DNA of 64,000 nucleotides. It comes from an uncultured Sutterella sp. (GTDB lineage: Bacteria; Pseudomonadota; Gammaproteobacteria; Burkholderiales; Burkholderiaceae_F). How positions within the stretch are numbered: position 1 is the stretch's first letter; each line of letters opens with the position of its first letter. The DNA is taken from contig CAAFNI010000008.1 in the NCBI GenBank assembly GCA_900764215.1, positions 1,618 through 65,617 of the forward strand, in the 5' to 3' direction. Positions 27,282-37,653 of the stretch are shown one piece after another. The notes below the pieces were generated by a model that was not told where the DNA came from, ran no database searches, and was given only the letters and a program-made list of their open reading frames with translations. The position numbers and the translations under genes were made by a program.

Positions 27282-28184
27282 ATGCAACTCATCATCGTGA
27301 CCGGCATGTCCGGCGGAGGCAAATCCATCGCCATCCGCCAGCTTGAGGACTGCGGCTACTACTGCATCGACAATCTGCCTGCTGCCTTTCTGATTCCGGT
27401 GGCCCGAGACCTCTGCACGCACGGCATCAAGTCCGCCGCCGTGGCCATTGACGCCCGAAGCCAAAGTACCTTTGACGGTTCCCTCAAGGCAATCCGCGAG
27501 TTGGAAGAAGCCGGCTTTGACGTACGCATCCTCTTTCTCACAGCTTCAGACCAAGAGCTCGTCAAGCGGTTCTCCGAGACACGCCGCCGTCACCCGCTTT
27601 CGACGCTTGCTGCAAGCCGCGACCAAATCGTCACGCTTCAGGAGGCCATAAGCCGCGAGCGGGATCTGCTGGCCCCCATTTCCGCCGGTGCCGCCTTGAT
27701 GGACACCACAGGCATTCTTTCCTCTCAGCTTCGCGAGTGGGTGAAGGAATTCGTCGGACAACCTCAGGCCAAGATGACGCTTACATTCGAATCCTTCGCC
27801 TTCAAGCACGGGCTTCCCGTCGCGAGCGATTTGGTCTTCGACGTTCGATGCCTGCCGAACCCCTATTACGATACGGCGCTGCGTCCGATGACGGGCCGCG
27901 ACAAGCCCGTCGCAGATTACCTGCGCACCTTCCCAACCGTCATCGACATGGTGGACGACATTGAAGGCTTCATCCGCAAATGGCTCCCGGCCTACATTGC
28001 ACAGAACCGGCACTATCTAACCGTTGCAATAGGCTGTACGGGAGGCCAGCACCGCTCCGTCTTCGTAGCCGAAGAGCTCGGCGCTCGATTTCGCGACACG
28101 GACGGCGTCGTCGTGCGCCATCGCATCATCGAGCAGAAAGCCCTGCTTTCGGGAGAAAAGGCCGTTCAAAACGAAGGCTGCTGA
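27282..28184 (+). CDS. rapZ: RNase adapter protein RapZ (YhbJ)
   Basis: Start at MQLIIVTGMSGGGKSIAIRQLED (P-loop); SD GGAGG. The track ORF is extended 5' to 27144. Confidence 0.9.
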   Translation: MQLIIVTGMSGGGKSIAIRQLEDCGYYCIDNLPAAFLIPVARDLCTHGIKSAAVAIDARSQSTFDGSLKAIRELEEAGFDVRILFLTASDQELVKRFSETRRRHPLSTLAASRDQIVTLQEAISRERDLLAPISAGAALMDTTGILSSQLREWVKEFVGQPQAKMTLTFESFAFKHGLPVASDLVFDVRCLPNPYYDTALRPMTGRDKPVADYLRTFPTVIDMVDDIEGFIRKWLPAYIAQNRHYLTVAIGCTGGQHRSVFVAEELGARFRDTDGVVVRHRIIEQKALLSGEKAVQNEGC

Positions 28185-28185
28185 C

Positions 28186-29262
28186 TCAGAAGAGCGCCGG
28201 CCGGAAGTCCCGCTCATCTCGACAGAGCTTCAAGAGCTTCACTACCGGCGCCGGCAAGCCGACCGACGCCGTATCCTCCGGAGCAAAAAGGGTGAAGCCC
28301 TCCGGTGCGCATCCCGCCGCCAGATCCACGGACATGGGATGAATGATGAGACGATAATGAGTGAACTCATGCACCAGCGGCTCGAATCTGATCGTACGGA
28401 GGATGCCTCCCTCAAGTTCCGGACAAACCGATAGCGGATCCGACGTTTCCATGGAGTCGTCCTTCTGACGAATCGGCGGCGTCCAGAGGCCGTGCCAGAC
28501 GCCTTTTTCCGTACGGCGACGCAGCCAAACAGCGCGCCCCGTAAATGCAAACACCATGATTGCATGCCTCACCGGACGTTCCCGACGAGGCTTCTTGCCC
28601 GGAAAATCAGCTACCCGCCCCGACAGACGAGCGCCGCAGCAGTCCGCCAAGGGACAGGCGCCGCAGTCGGGACTGCGCTTGCAGAGCATCGCCCCGAAAT
28701 CCATCAATGCCTGCGTATAGGCCGGCATGCGGTCGCCTGCCGGCAGAAGCGAGGCGGCAAGCTCGCGGATCGCCTTCACGAAGGCTGGCTGAGCAGCATT
28801 GCCCTCGACCATGAACACGCGCGCAAGTACGCGCTGCGCATTCCCGTCCGCCATGACGGCTCTCTCGCGAAAAGCGAAAGCCGCCACGGCCCCCGCGGTC
28901 GAGGGACCAAGTCCGGGAAGCTTTTCAAGCTCGTGCGCGGTTTTCGGGCACTTCCCATCCATTTCATTCACGATGATCCGCACGGTCTTCAGAAGATTTC
29001 GGGCGCGTGAATAATAGCCTAGCCCGGCCCAAAGAGCCATCACGTCATCGTCGGCCGCTGCCGCCAGAAGCGCCGGCGTCGGGAAGGCAGCCATGAAGGC
29101 ACGATATTTTGGCAGAACCGATATGACCTGCGTCTGCTGCAGCATCACTTCTGAAACGAGTCTCGGATACCAGTCCTCAACCTGCCACGGCAAGTCGTGC
29201 CTGCCGCAGGCTTCATGCCAGTCAACGATTGCATCTGCAAATAACTTCCGGGGATCCCGCAT
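28186..29262 (-). CDS. mutY: A/G-specific adenine DNA glycosylase MutY
   Basis: HhH-GPD fold, 4Fe-4S cluster loop CKRSPDCGACPLADCC, MutT-like C-terminal domain. Start taken at MRDPRKLFADAIVDWH, which aligns with the E. coli MutY N-terminus. The track ORF extends to 29331. Confidence 0.9.
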   Translation of the reverse strand: MRDPRKLFADAIVDWHEACGRHDLPWQVEDWYPRLVSEVMLQQTQVISVLPKYRAFMAAFPTPALLAAAADDDVMALWAGLGYYSRARNLLKTVRIIVNEMDGKCPKTAHELEKLPGLGPSTAGAVAAFAFRERAVMADGNAQRVLARVFMVEGNAAQPAFVKAIRELAASLLPAGDRMPAYTQALMDFGAMLCKRSPDCGACPLADCCGARLSGRVADFPGKKPRRERPVRHAIMVFAFTGRAVWLRRRTEKGVWHGLWTPPIRQKDDSMETSDPLSVCPELEGGILRTIRFEPLVHEFTHYRLIIHPMSVDLAAGCAPEGFTLFAPEDTASVGLPAPVVKLLKLCRDERDFRPALF

Positions 29263-29337
29263 GCCGCATTCCTTGAAATTTCGAGGTAAAGTACGGAGAC
29301 ACTCTACACCAACGGCTTCCCCAGCCTTCATACACTC

Positions 29338-31068
29338 ATGACTGGAAAACTATTCAAAATAGCGGCCGTGCTCGCCGCCTTCGCCGCAACCGCGGGCGGC
29401 GCAGCGGCATTCCCGGGCGCCGACACGCATTCGTCTGAATCGCGCGACGCAGCCCAATCCCTCTATGAGGTCATTGCCGCCGAAATCGCGGCGCACAGAG
29501 AACAGCCCGAAGTCGCACTGGCGCTTCTCGACAAGACGCTTGAGCGCACAAAGTCCTCCGAAGTGGCCGAACTCGCCTGGCGCACGGCTCTTCAGACACG
29601 ACAGCCGGAAATCGTGCTTGATCAGGCTCACGCCTGGGCCGCGATTGATCCGAAGGCTGAACTCGCACAGCGCACGATCCTCGTCAATGCCGTTGAAAAA
29701 GGCCTCCAGTCCGAATATGTCGAACAGTTGTCCCGGCTCTATGCCGGCGCAGAGGACAAGGCCGCGCTGGTTGCAGACGTCACAACCCTTCTCTCCCAGC
29801 CCGAACTCGCCTCCTCCGCACTCGAATCTGTCCTGTCTGCGTACTGGGAGAAAGAGGCCGAAAGCGCCGAGGTCCAGCTTGCCGTCGGTCTCTTCCGGAA
29901 GGCCCGCCACGACATTCCCGGCGCCTGCCGCGCCGGCAGAGCCGCCATTCGGCTCTCGCCTGCGAGCGAACAAGTGCTCACCTCGGCAGCCGATCTCTGT
30001 TGGCAGGCCGATCGAGCCCAGACGGAGGCCATGCTCAAGAACTACCTCTCCAAACATCCAGACGCTGCGGCTGTCAGGCTCATTCATGCCCGGGTGCTCT
30101 CCCGCACTGGCCGAATCGCCGAAGCCATGAAGGACGTTGACCGTGCCGTCAAGGACTCTCCCGACACAGCTCTGATTGCGCTCAACGCCGGCCAAGTGGC
30201 GACGGACTGTCGCGCCTTCCAAAAGGCAGAGCTGTATTTCACCCGCTACATCGACCTTGTGGCCGAACAAAACCCCGAAGCGGACTTCGCAAGCAGCGAC
30301 ATCTGGCTCAAGCTCGCGGGCGTCATGCACGAAAACGGCCGTCACCAAGAGGAGGCGGATGCGCTCGCCTCGCTTACGGACGGCGAGCTTGCGCCTCAGG
30401 CCAGGCTTCGCGAAGCCGCAGCCCTGGCCGAGGTTAAAAGAGTCGAAGACGCACGGGCCGTGCTTCAAAATGCCGCCGAAGACTATCCTGAGCATTTCAA
30501 CCTCTTCACGACTGGAGAGGCTCAGATGCTCATTGAGGCCGGAATGCCCGAAGACGCATTGCTCGTCATGACGTCGGCCTGTGCAAAGCAACCCGACGAC
30601 GTCTCCCTCGCATACGACACGGCGATGATCGCTCAGAATGTCGGCCGGCTGGAGACAGCCGAATCCATCCTCAAGAGCATTCTCTCGGCTGACCCAGATC
30701 ACATTCAGGCCGGCAACGCGCTTGCCTATCTTTGGGTGACGCGTGACACCAACCTGCCCGAAGCTCGACGACTTCTTGAACACGCCTACCGCCTGGCGCC
30801 CGTCGATCCATACGTGCTCGACAGCATGGGCTGGCTCTGCTTCAAGGAAGGCCGCTACGACCAAGCGGCTGAATTTACGCTTGCGTCTCTCAAGCGCCTC
30901 TTTGACGTCGAAGTAGCCTGCCATCTTGTCGAAATTCTCGCCGTTTCCGGTCGTGACCGAGAAGCCGAAAAGCTCTTCCGGGAACTGGAGCAGCGAGCAG
31001 GGGCAGATGCCCGCGTGCTTGACCTAGCCCAACGCCTCAAGTACGACTCTACGGGCACCACCCCATGA
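29338..31068 (+). CDS. Tetratricopeptide-repeat protein with signal peptide (conserved partner upstream of lolB-ispE)
   Basis: 576 aa; signal peptide AAVLAAFAATAGGAAA; multiple TPR-like helical repeats. Confidence 0.7.
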   Translation: MTGKLFKIAAVLAAFAATAGGAAAFPGADTHSSESRDAAQSLYEVIAAEIAAHREQPEVALALLDKTLERTKSSEVAELAWRTALQTRQPEIVLDQAHAWAAIDPKAELAQRTILVNAVEKGLQSEYVEQLSRLYAGAEDKAALVADVTTLLSQPELASSALESVLSAYWEKEAESAEVQLAVGLFRKARHDIPGACRAGRAAIRLSPASEQVLTSAADLCWQADRAQTEAMLKNYLSKHPDAAAVRLIHARVLSRTGRIAEAMKDVDRAVKDSPDTALIALNAGQVATDCRAFQKAELYFTRYIDLVAEQNPEADFASSDIWLKLAGVMHENGRHQEEADALASLTDGELAPQARLREAAALAEVKRVEDARAVLQNAAEDYPEHFNLFTTGEAQMLIEAGMPEDALLVMTSACAKQPDDVSLAYDTAMIAQNVGRLETAESILKSILSADPDHIQAGNALAYLWVTRDTNLPEARRLLEHAYRLAPVDPYVLDSMGWLCFKEGRYDQAAEFTLASLKRLFDVEVACHLVEILAVSGRDREAEKLFRELEQRAGADARVLDLAQRLKYDSTGTTP

Positions 31069-31562
31069 AACGCCGCACCCTTTTGTCACTATCGGCCGCA
31101 GTCTTGATCCTCGGCGGTTGCGCAACCGGAGAAACCCCGCTTTTTGAAAGGAGCGGCCGTTTCTCTCTCGTTTCAATCTCCTCCTCAGGGAAACGCGAGG
31201 CAGTCAACGGCCGTTTCTCTTTGCAGCGAACGCCCGCCAGCCTGCGCCTCAACTTGATGACGCCGCTCAACGGCATCCTCGCCCGCATTGAAGTCACGAC
31301 GCGAGGCGCCGTGCTTCAGACGGCCCGGGACGAACAATCCTTCAGCGCCCCCACCGCCGAAGAGCTCATGGAACGCGTGACCGGCATCTCGGTACCCGTG
31401 GAAGCGCTAGAACAATGGTTAACGACGACCGACGATCAGATTTCTGAATACGGTTGGAGCGTCCGCGTGCTCAAGCGCAGAAGCGACGGCATGCCTGGCA
31501 CGATCCGAGCCTCGTCCGCCGGCTCCGGCGTATCTCTCACTCTCACCATGGACGATGACTGA
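31065..31562 (+). CDS. lolB: Outer-membrane lipoprotein LolB
   Basis: Lipobox LILGGCA; LolB-like beta-barrel region; conserved TPR-lolB-ispE order. Confidence 0.8.
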   Translation: MKRRTLLSLSAAVLILGGCATGETPLFERSGRFSLVSISSSGKREAVNGRFSLQRTPASLRLNLMTPLNGILARIEVTTRGAVLQTARDEQSFSAPTAEELMERVTGISVPVEALEQWLTTTDDQISEYGWSVRVLKRRSDGMPGTIRASSAGSGVSLTLTMDDD

Positions 31563-31564
31563 CA

Positions 31565-32431
31565 ATGTTGTCCGACAGTGCTCTGCTCGGCCTACCCGCC
31601 CCGGCCAAACTCAATCTCTTTCTGCACGTCCTGGGCCGACGCCCGGACGGCAAGCATCTGCTTGAATCCGTCTTCACGCTCATCGATCTGCATGACACGA
31701 TCGATCTTTTCAGACTCGAGGCCCCATCCATCGAGCGCACGGGAAACGTGATCGGTGATCCTGAGAAGGATCTTTGCGTACGCGCGGCACGCCTTCTCAT
31801 GGAAGCCTTCGACGTCAAGGGCGGCGTCCGCATTCATGTCGAAAAACGCATTCCCGCCGGAGCAGGCATGGGCGGCGGCAGTTCCGACGCAGCAACGACA
31901 CTTATCGGCCTCAACCGGCTCTTCGGCCTAAACCTCTCCCGAGAAGTCTTGATGGATATCGGCGAGACGCTCGGAGCCGACGTTCCCTTTTTCATTTTTG
32001 GTCAAACGGGCTTTGTGGAAGGCATTGGCGAGATCATTACACCCCTTGAGATTCCAACCGCATCATATGCCGTCATCTGGCCCGGACGAAGCCTTTCCAC
32101 TGCTGAGATTTTTGCAGCTCCAAACTTGACAAGAAATACCAAATCACTGAAAATAGACATCCTTTCAGGCAAGGCACTGGAAATTTGGCCGAATCTGTAC
32201 GGGCACAACGACCTGCAGAACGTGGCGCAAGCGCTTGAGCACCGGGTGACAGAGAGTCTCGAGTTGCTCGCCTGCGGCACGCACGATGCCAGAATGACTG
32301 GTTCCGGCAGCGCCGTATTCGGCGTCATCGCCAACCCCGGCAGCTACAAGTTGCCGCAGTTGCCGGACGACTGGAAGGGATTTGCCGTAAAGTCACTCCG
32401 TGAACACCCGCTCTCGGCTTGGCTTGACTAA
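31565..32431 (+). CDS. ispE: 4-diphosphocytidyl-2-C-methyl-D-erythritol kinase
   Basis: GHMP kinase motif PAGAGMGGGSSDAA. Confidence 0.9.
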   Translation: MLSDSALLGLPAPAKLNLFLHVLGRRPDGKHLLESVFTLIDLHDTIDLFRLEAPSIERTGNVIGDPEKDLCVRAARLLMEAFDVKGGVRIHVEKRIPAGAGMGGGSSDAATTLIGLNRLFGLNLSREVLMDIGETLGADVPFFIFGQTGFVEGIGEIITPLEIPTASYAVIWPGRSLSTAEIFAAPNLTRNTKSLKIDILSGKALEIWPNLYGHNDLQNVAQALEHRVTESLELLACGTHDARMTGSGSAVFGVIANPGSYKLPQLPDDWKGFAVKSLREHPLSAWLD

Positions 32432-32443
32432 ATAACAATCGGT

Positions 32444-32521
32444 AGGGGTATAGCCAAGCTGGCCTAAGGCACCGGATTTTGATTCCGGCATTCGAAGGTT
32501 CGAATCCTTCTACCCCTGCCA
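32444..32521 (+). tRNA. tRNA-Gln (anticodon UUG)
   Basis: Cloverleaf: acceptor AGGGGTA/TACCCCT, anticodon arm CCGGA-TTTTGAT-TCCGG, T-arm GGTTCGAATCC, 3' GCCA. Resembles E. coli tRNA-Gln. Confidence 0.85.
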
Positions 32522-32658
32522 GCACAAAAACGAAAAGGGATGGGAGGCAACAAATGCACTCCCTTTCTTTTTTCAGGGCCGTCTTTGTGTTACCCTGACG
32601 GCTTCCCTGTTGTTAACTGCGAGAGCGCAAGCCCCCGCCCACGAAAAGAGCTTAAGTC

Positions 32659-33618
32659 ATGGATCCCATGGTTCCGGAAAGTATGATGGTCTTCACGGGC
32701 AATGCCAACCCGAAACTTGCTCAGGCCGTCACGAAATATCTCAACATTCCCCTTGGCTCCGCCACCGTCAACCGCTTCAGCGACGGCGAAGTCATGGTTC
32801 AGCTGCTCGACAATGTGCGCGGCAAGGATGTCTTCATTCTTCAGAGCACCTGCGCTCCGACGAACGACAACCTGATGGAACTCATGATCATGGTTGACGC
32901 CCTCAAGCGCGCCTCCGCCCGCCGCATCACGGCTGCGATCCCCTACTACGGCTATGCCCGTCAGGACCGCCGTCCGCGCTCCACTCGCGTGGCCATCTCC
33001 GCCAAAGTCGTCGCCAACATGCTTCAGTCCGTCGGTGTCGACCGCGTCCTTACGATGGACCTGCACGCCGACCAGATTCAGGGCTTCTTTGACATTCCGG
33101 TCGACAACATCTATGCCACCCCGGTGCTCCTCAACGACCTCGTCGAACGCAAGTACGATGATCTGATGGTCGTTTCGCCTGACGTCGGCGGCGTCGTTCG
33201 CGCACGCGCCATGGCCAAAGCTCTCGAAGTGGATCTGGCCATCATCGACAAGCGCCGTCCGCGCGCCAATGTCGCTGAAATCATGAACATCATCGGAGAG
33301 GTCAAGGGCCGCACCTGCGTCATTACTGACGACATCGTCGACACGGCCGGCACGCTCTGCAATGCCGCCGGCGCCCTGAAGGACCGTGGCGCCAAGCGCG
33401 TGGTCGCCTACATCACGCACCCCGTGCTCTCCGGCGCCGCTGTCGAACGCATCACGAACTCCGCTCTCGACGAGTTGGTCGTCACGGACACCATTCCGCT
33501 GTCTGCCGCCGCCGAAGCCTGCCCGAAGATCCGCCAGGTTTCCTGCGCCGCGATCATCGGTGAAACCCTTTCACGCATTGCCCGTGAAGATTCCGTGAGC
33601 AACCTATTCACGGAATAA
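32659..33618 (+). CDS. prs: Ribose-phosphate pyrophosphokinase
   Basis: 319 aa; PRPP-binding [13 protein letters not shown]. Confidence 0.95.
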   Translation: MDPMVPESMMVFTGNANPKLAQAVTKYLNIPLGSATVNRFSDGEVMVQLLDNVRGKDVFILQSTCAPTNDNLMELMIMVDALKRASARRITAAIPYYGYARQDRRPRSTRVAISAKVVANMLQSVGVDRVLTMDLHADQIQGFFDIPVDNIYATPVLLNDLVERKYDDLMVVSPDVGGVVRARAMAKALEVDLAIIDKRRPRANVAEIMNIIGEVKGRTCVITDDIVDTAGTLCNAAGALKDRGAKRVVAYITHPVLSGAAVERITNSALDELVVTDTIPLSAAAEACPKIRQVSCAAIIGETLSRIAREDSVSNLFTE

Positions 33619-33690
33619 AAACCTTTTTACTCGTTCCCGCAGTTGGTCGCGACCGCAGGAACCTTTTTCTTAACTTTTAGGAGTCATCCA

Positions 33691-34302
33691 ATGAACATCA
33701 TCGCCACCACGCGTAACGTGCAGGGTACGGGTGCGAGCCGCCGCCTTCGCCGCGCGGACAAGCTGCCGGGCATCGTCTACGGCGGCAATCTCCCCGCTAC
33801 GCCGATCGAGCTCGAACACAATCCGATTTTCTACGCTCTGCGCAAGGAAAAGTTCCACGCCTCGATCCTGACGATGGAACTCGACGGCAAGGAAGAACTC
33901 GTCGTTCTCCGCGCCTTCCAGATGCACCCGTACAAGCCGCAGGTCATGCACATCGACTTCCAGCGCATCAACCCGAACGAAAAGGTCACGATGCGCGTGC
34001 CCCTGCACTTCCAGGGCGAAGAAGAATCCCCGGCCGTCAAGGTTTCCAAGTGCATCGTTTCCCATGCCGTGTCCGCCATTGAAGTGACCTGCATGCCGAA
34101 GGAACTGCCGGAATTCATCGCCGTCGATCTTTCCAAGCTTGAAGCCGGTCAGACGTTCCACGCCTCCATGCTTCAGCTTCCGGAAGGCATTGAAGTCCAC
34201 TCCAAGTCCGGTGAAGACGTTGTTCTCGCCACGGTCGCCCTGCCGGTTGAGGAAGAAGTTCCGGCCGCTGAAGGCGAAGCCGCTGAAACCCCGGCTGCCT
34301 AA
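33691..34302 (+). CDS. rplY: 50S ribosomal protein L25 / general stress protein Ctc
   Basis: Start at MNIIATTRNVQGTGASRRLRR with SD AGGAGT; C-terminal Ctc extension. Confidence 0.9.
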   Translation: MNIIATTRNVQGTGASRRLRRADKLPGIVYGGNLPATPIELEHNPIFYALRKEKFHASILTMELDGKEELVVLRAFQMHPYKPQVMHIDFQRINPNEKVTMRVPLHFQGEEESPAVKVSKCIVSHAVSAIEVTCMPKELPEFIAVDLSKLEAGQTFHASMLQLPEGIEVHSKSGEDVVLATVALPVEEEVPAAEGEAAETPAA

Positions 34303-34337
34303 TAAGTTTCTGATTTGATTCAGATGCTTTGACAGAA

Positions 34338-34370
34338 TCCGCAGGGAACTCCTCCCTGCGGATCTTTTTT
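34338..34370 (+). terminator. Rho-independent terminator after rplY
   Basis: TCCGCAGGGA-ACTCC-TCCCTGCGGA followed by TCTTTTTT. Confidence 0.7.
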
Positions 34371-34581
34371 GTACGAAGGGCATTCCCTTCCGAAGACCCT
34401 GACACGGTCTTTCATACCTCTGCGACCGCTGCCCGAAGCGCCGCCCACAAGCCGTTTGCCCCTTCCAGAAAGTTCGCGTCGTTCGTTATGTGCGGGGAAA
34501 ACGGATCCTTCTCTTTCTCCAGACGTCCGATTGACTTCCGCAGCTAGCGGGACGGCCGTCACAACTTTTCAACACGCATTC

Positions 34582-36390
34582 ATGACGACTTTCTCCGAAC
34601 TCGGCCTGTCCGACTCCATCGTTTCCTCACTTACCGAACTCGGTTTTGAGGAACCCACGCCCATTCAGAACGAAGCCATTCCTGCTCTCCTGACGGGAGC
34701 CGACGTGCTTGGCCGCGCCGCCACAGGCACTGGCAAGACCGCCGCATTCTCTCTTCCGCTCCTTGAACGCCACGTACTTGGACAGGAAGCCGATGCACCG
34801 CTCGTCCTGGTTCTCACTCCGACCCGCGAACTCTGCCTGCAGGTGAGCGAAGCCTTCCACAACTACGGCCGTCAAGCCGGTGTTGTCGTGACCCCGATTT
34901 ACGGCGGTCAGGACTACAGCCGCCAGATTCGTGCCCTACGCCGCGGTACGCATGTCGTCGTGGCTACGCCGGGCCGTGCACTCGATCATATCGGCCGCGG
35001 CACGCTCGACCTCGCGAACATCAAGGCCATCGTCCTCGACGAAGCCGACGAAATGCTCGATCTGGGCTTTGCGGACGAGCTTGACGCCATTTTCGATGCG
35101 CTTCCGGGACACGTTCAGACGGCGCTCTTTTCCGCAACCCTCCCCCCAAAGATCGCCCGAATCGCCGAGACCCGCCTCGTTGATCCTGTCCGCATCACGA
35201 TTGCCAAGGAAAAAACCGCCGAGGGTGAAGCGCCCCGCGTCCCGCAGATAGCCTACGTTGTGGGGCACAACTACCGCACGACGGCTCTCGGCCGCATTCT
35301 TGACCTGGAGGCGCCCGAACTCGCCATCATCTTCACGCGCACCCGCATGGAGGTGGATGACCTTACGGAATCTCTCCGCGCCCGCGGCTTTAGCGTTGAA
35401 GCCCTTCACGGCGGCCTTGATCAGCCGACCCGCGACCGCGTCATGAAGCGCGCCCGCTCCGGGCAGATCGACGCCATCGTAGCGACCGACGTCGCCGCCC
35501 GCGGCATCGACCTCGAAAACCTCACCCATGTGATCAACTTCGGCATCCCGGCATCTTACGAAACGTACGTCCACCGAATCGGACGCACCGGCCGAGCCGG
35601 CCGCACCGGCACTGCCATCACCATTCTCGAACCTCGCGAACATCGTCATCTGCGCGCCATTGAGAGCATCACCAAGGCGCGCATTGAAGTGCGCTCCGTT
35701 CCGTCCGCTACGGACGTCCGCGCTCGCCGCTTGGAAATGATGCGCGGCTCTCTTGCTGAGATTCTCGAAGCTGGCGACCTTGACCGCTTCCGCGTCGTCG
35801 TCGAATCCCTCTGCGAAGAATACGATCCCTTCGACGTGGCGGCCGCCGCCATGAAGCTCGCGCAGGAAAACGAAGGCACCAACGACGACGATACGGAAAT
35901 CCCGGCCTACTCGCCCTTCGAGCGGCCCCGCCGTGAACGCGGCGACAAGCCAGTGCGCGGTGAACGCGCCCCGCGTCGCGAACGCCGTGAAACCCCCGAA
36001 GAAGGCATGACGCGTCTCTTCGTGGGGGCCGGACGCGATCTCGGCATTCGCCCGTCCGACATCGTCGGAGCCATTGCCAACGAAGCCGGAGTGCCGTCGA
36101 AGTGCATCGGCGCCATCGACATCAGCGACCGCTTCACAATTGTCGAGGTCGACTCCGATCGAGTCGAACAAATCATAGACGCCATGGAAGGCGTGCGCTT
36201 CAAGGGACGCGAAACCACGGTCAAGCTTGATCGTCCGCGCCGCGAAGAGCGCGGAGACTTCCGCCGCGAACGCAATGACGACCGCAACTGGCAGCCGCGC
36301 GGCGATGAATCGCGAGAATACCGCGGCGCCAAGACCAAACGCGACTTCCGTCGTGAAGGCAGCTACGACAAGCGTGGCCCTCGCCGCTAA
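34582..36390 (+). CDS. DEAD-box ATP-dependent RNA helicase with DbpA-type C-terminal RNA-binding domain and Arg/Glu-rich tail (DeaD/CsdA-like)
   Basis: Start at MTTFSELGL. Q-motif, AxxGTGKT, DEAD, SAT, HRIGRTGRAG motifs. The track ORF is extended 5' to 34369. Confidence 0.9.
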   Translation: MTTFSELGLSDSIVSSLTELGFEEPTPIQNEAIPALLTGADVLGRAATGTGKTAAFSLPLLERHVLGQEADAPLVLVLTPTRELCLQVSEAFHNYGRQAGVVVTPIYGGQDYSRQIRALRRGTHVVVATPGRALDHIGRGTLDLANIKAIVLDEADEMLDLGFADELDAIFDALPGHVQTALFSATLPPKIARIAETRLVDPVRITIAKEKTAEGEAPRVPQIAYVVGHNYRTTALGRILDLEAPELAIIFTRTRMEVDDLTESLRARGFSVEALHGGLDQPTRDRVMKRARSGQIDAIVATDVAARGIDLENLTHVINFGIPASYETYVHRIGRTGRAGRTGTAITILEPREHRHLRAIESITKARIEVRSVPSATDVRARRLEMMRGSLAEILEAGDLDRFRVVVESLCEEYDPFDVAAAAMKLAQENEGTNDDDTEIPAYSPFERPRRERGDKPVRGERAPRRERRETPEEGMTRLFVGAGRDLGIRPSDIVGAIANEAGVPSKCIGAIDISDRFTIVEVDSDRVEQIIDAMEGVRFKGRETTVKLDRPRREERGDFRRERNDDRNWQPRGDESREYRGAKTKRDFRREGSYDKRGPRR

Positions 36391-36441
36391 AATGACCTTG
36401 CTTCACGCCCCCTTTGGGAGGGTTTGAACCCTGTTTTCTTC

Positions 36442-36465
36442 GGCCGGCTCTGCCGGCCTTTTCAC
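36442..36465 (+). terminator. Terminator after the helicase
   Basis: GGCCGGC-TCT-GCCGGCC followed by TTTTCAC. Confidence 0.5.
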
Positions 36466-36477
36466 GCGTAAAACTTC

Positions 36478-37095
36478 ATGACCGAACAAGGAATTCGATT
36501 GATCGTCGGCCTCGGCAACCCGGGAAGCGAATACGCCCGCACCCGACATAACGCCGGCTTCTGGTTCGTCGACGAGCTCGCCCGCAAGACCGGCGCCTTC
36601 TTCCGCGACGAGCGGAAGTTCCAGGGCGAAGTCTGCAAGACGAAAATCAGCGGCAACGACGTCTGGCTTCTCAAGCCTTCGACCTACATGAACCGCTCGG
36701 GCGATGCCGTAGTGGCGCTGGCGCTTTACTACAAGATCACGCCGGACCAGATCCTCGTCGTTCACGACGAACTCGACCTTCCACCGGGTTGCATGAAGAT
36801 CAAGCTAGGCGGCGGCAATGCCGGCCACAACGGACTCAAGGACATCTCCTCCAAACTCTCTACGCCTAACTTCTGGCGCCTGCGTCTAGGCACGGGCCAC
36901 CCGCGCTCGCTCGGAATGGCTCAGCAGGTGGCAGACTTCGTGCTCTCGGCGCCGTCGTCCGAACACCTGGCAGCCATTGAAGACTGCATCCGCAGCGCTC
37001 TTAACGAGACAGCATCTCTTGCCGAGGGAGATTTCACGGGCGTCTCACGCCGTCTGGCCAAGTACGGCACGCCTCCCAAGAAGGCGGTCGAATGA
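36478..37095 (+). CDS. pth: Peptidyl-tRNA hydrolase
   Basis: LIVGLGNPGSEYARTRHNAGF N-terminus; 205 aa. Confidence 0.95.
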   Translation: MTEQGIRLIVGLGNPGSEYARTRHNAGFWFVDELARKTGAFFRDERKFQGEVCKTKISGNDVWLLKPSTYMNRSGDAVVALALYYKITPDQILVVHDELDLPPGCMKIKLGGGNAGHNGLKDISSKLSTPNFWRLRLGTGHPRSLGMAQQVADFVLSAPSSEHLAAIEDCIRSALNETASLAEGDFTGVSRRLAKYGTPPKKAVE

Positions 37096-37589
37096 AACTC
37101 CTTGTCAGCCGTTGCCTTCTCGGCACACCCTGCCGCTATGACGGGGCCGTGAAGTCGGATCTCCGGGACGCCCTTCGGGCCTCAGGCATCAAAGACGACT
37201 GCTGGGTCAGCATCTGCCCGGAAAGCGACGGAGGCCTGCCCACGCCGCGCGCGCCCTCTGAAATTCAAGGCACGGCCCGCGGCGTGCTTGACGGCCGAGA
37301 CCGCATCATTGATGCTAACGGTCAAGACAACACGATCTGCTTTATGCACGGTGCCCGACTCGCGGCCGACCTCTGCCTCGCGCACGGCATCCAGCTTGCG
37401 CTTCTCAAAGCCAAGAGTCCCTCCTGCGGCTTCGGTCAGATCTACAACGGCACCTTTACGGGCACGCTTGTCGCTGGCAGAGGCCTCACGGCCGAGCTGT
37501 TGTCGGACATCGGCGTGTGCATTTTCACGGAGAACGAGTTCGATCTTCTTCGTGCCGCCGTCAAGACGCAGCAAGATCCCCCTTGCTAA
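37092..37589 (+). CDS. DUF523-family protein (TudS-like putative [4Fe-4S] thiouracil desulfidase family)
   Basis: MKLLVSRCLLGTPCRYDGA N-terminus is typical of DUF523/COG1683. Three candidate Cys ligands. ATGA overlap with pth. Confidence 0.7.
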   Translation: MKLLVSRCLLGTPCRYDGAVKSDLRDALRASGIKDDCWVSICPESDGGLPTPRAPSEIQGTARGVLDGRDRIIDANGQDNTICFMHGARLAADLCLAHGIQLALLKAKSPSCGFGQIYNGTFTGTLVAGRGLTAELLSDIGVCIFTENEFDLLRAAVKTQQDPPC

Positions 37590-37653
37590 AATAAACCGAT
37601 TTTCCTGACGATTTCGTCTGCAACTTATTTTTTGATTTCAACAGAGATTCACC

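Noticed and set aside
33619-33690. Possible terminator hairpin between prs and rplY
   Set aside because: Only a short 10-bp self-palindrome (GGTCGCGACC) with no adjacent T-run is present. The flanking arms are not complementary on closer reading.
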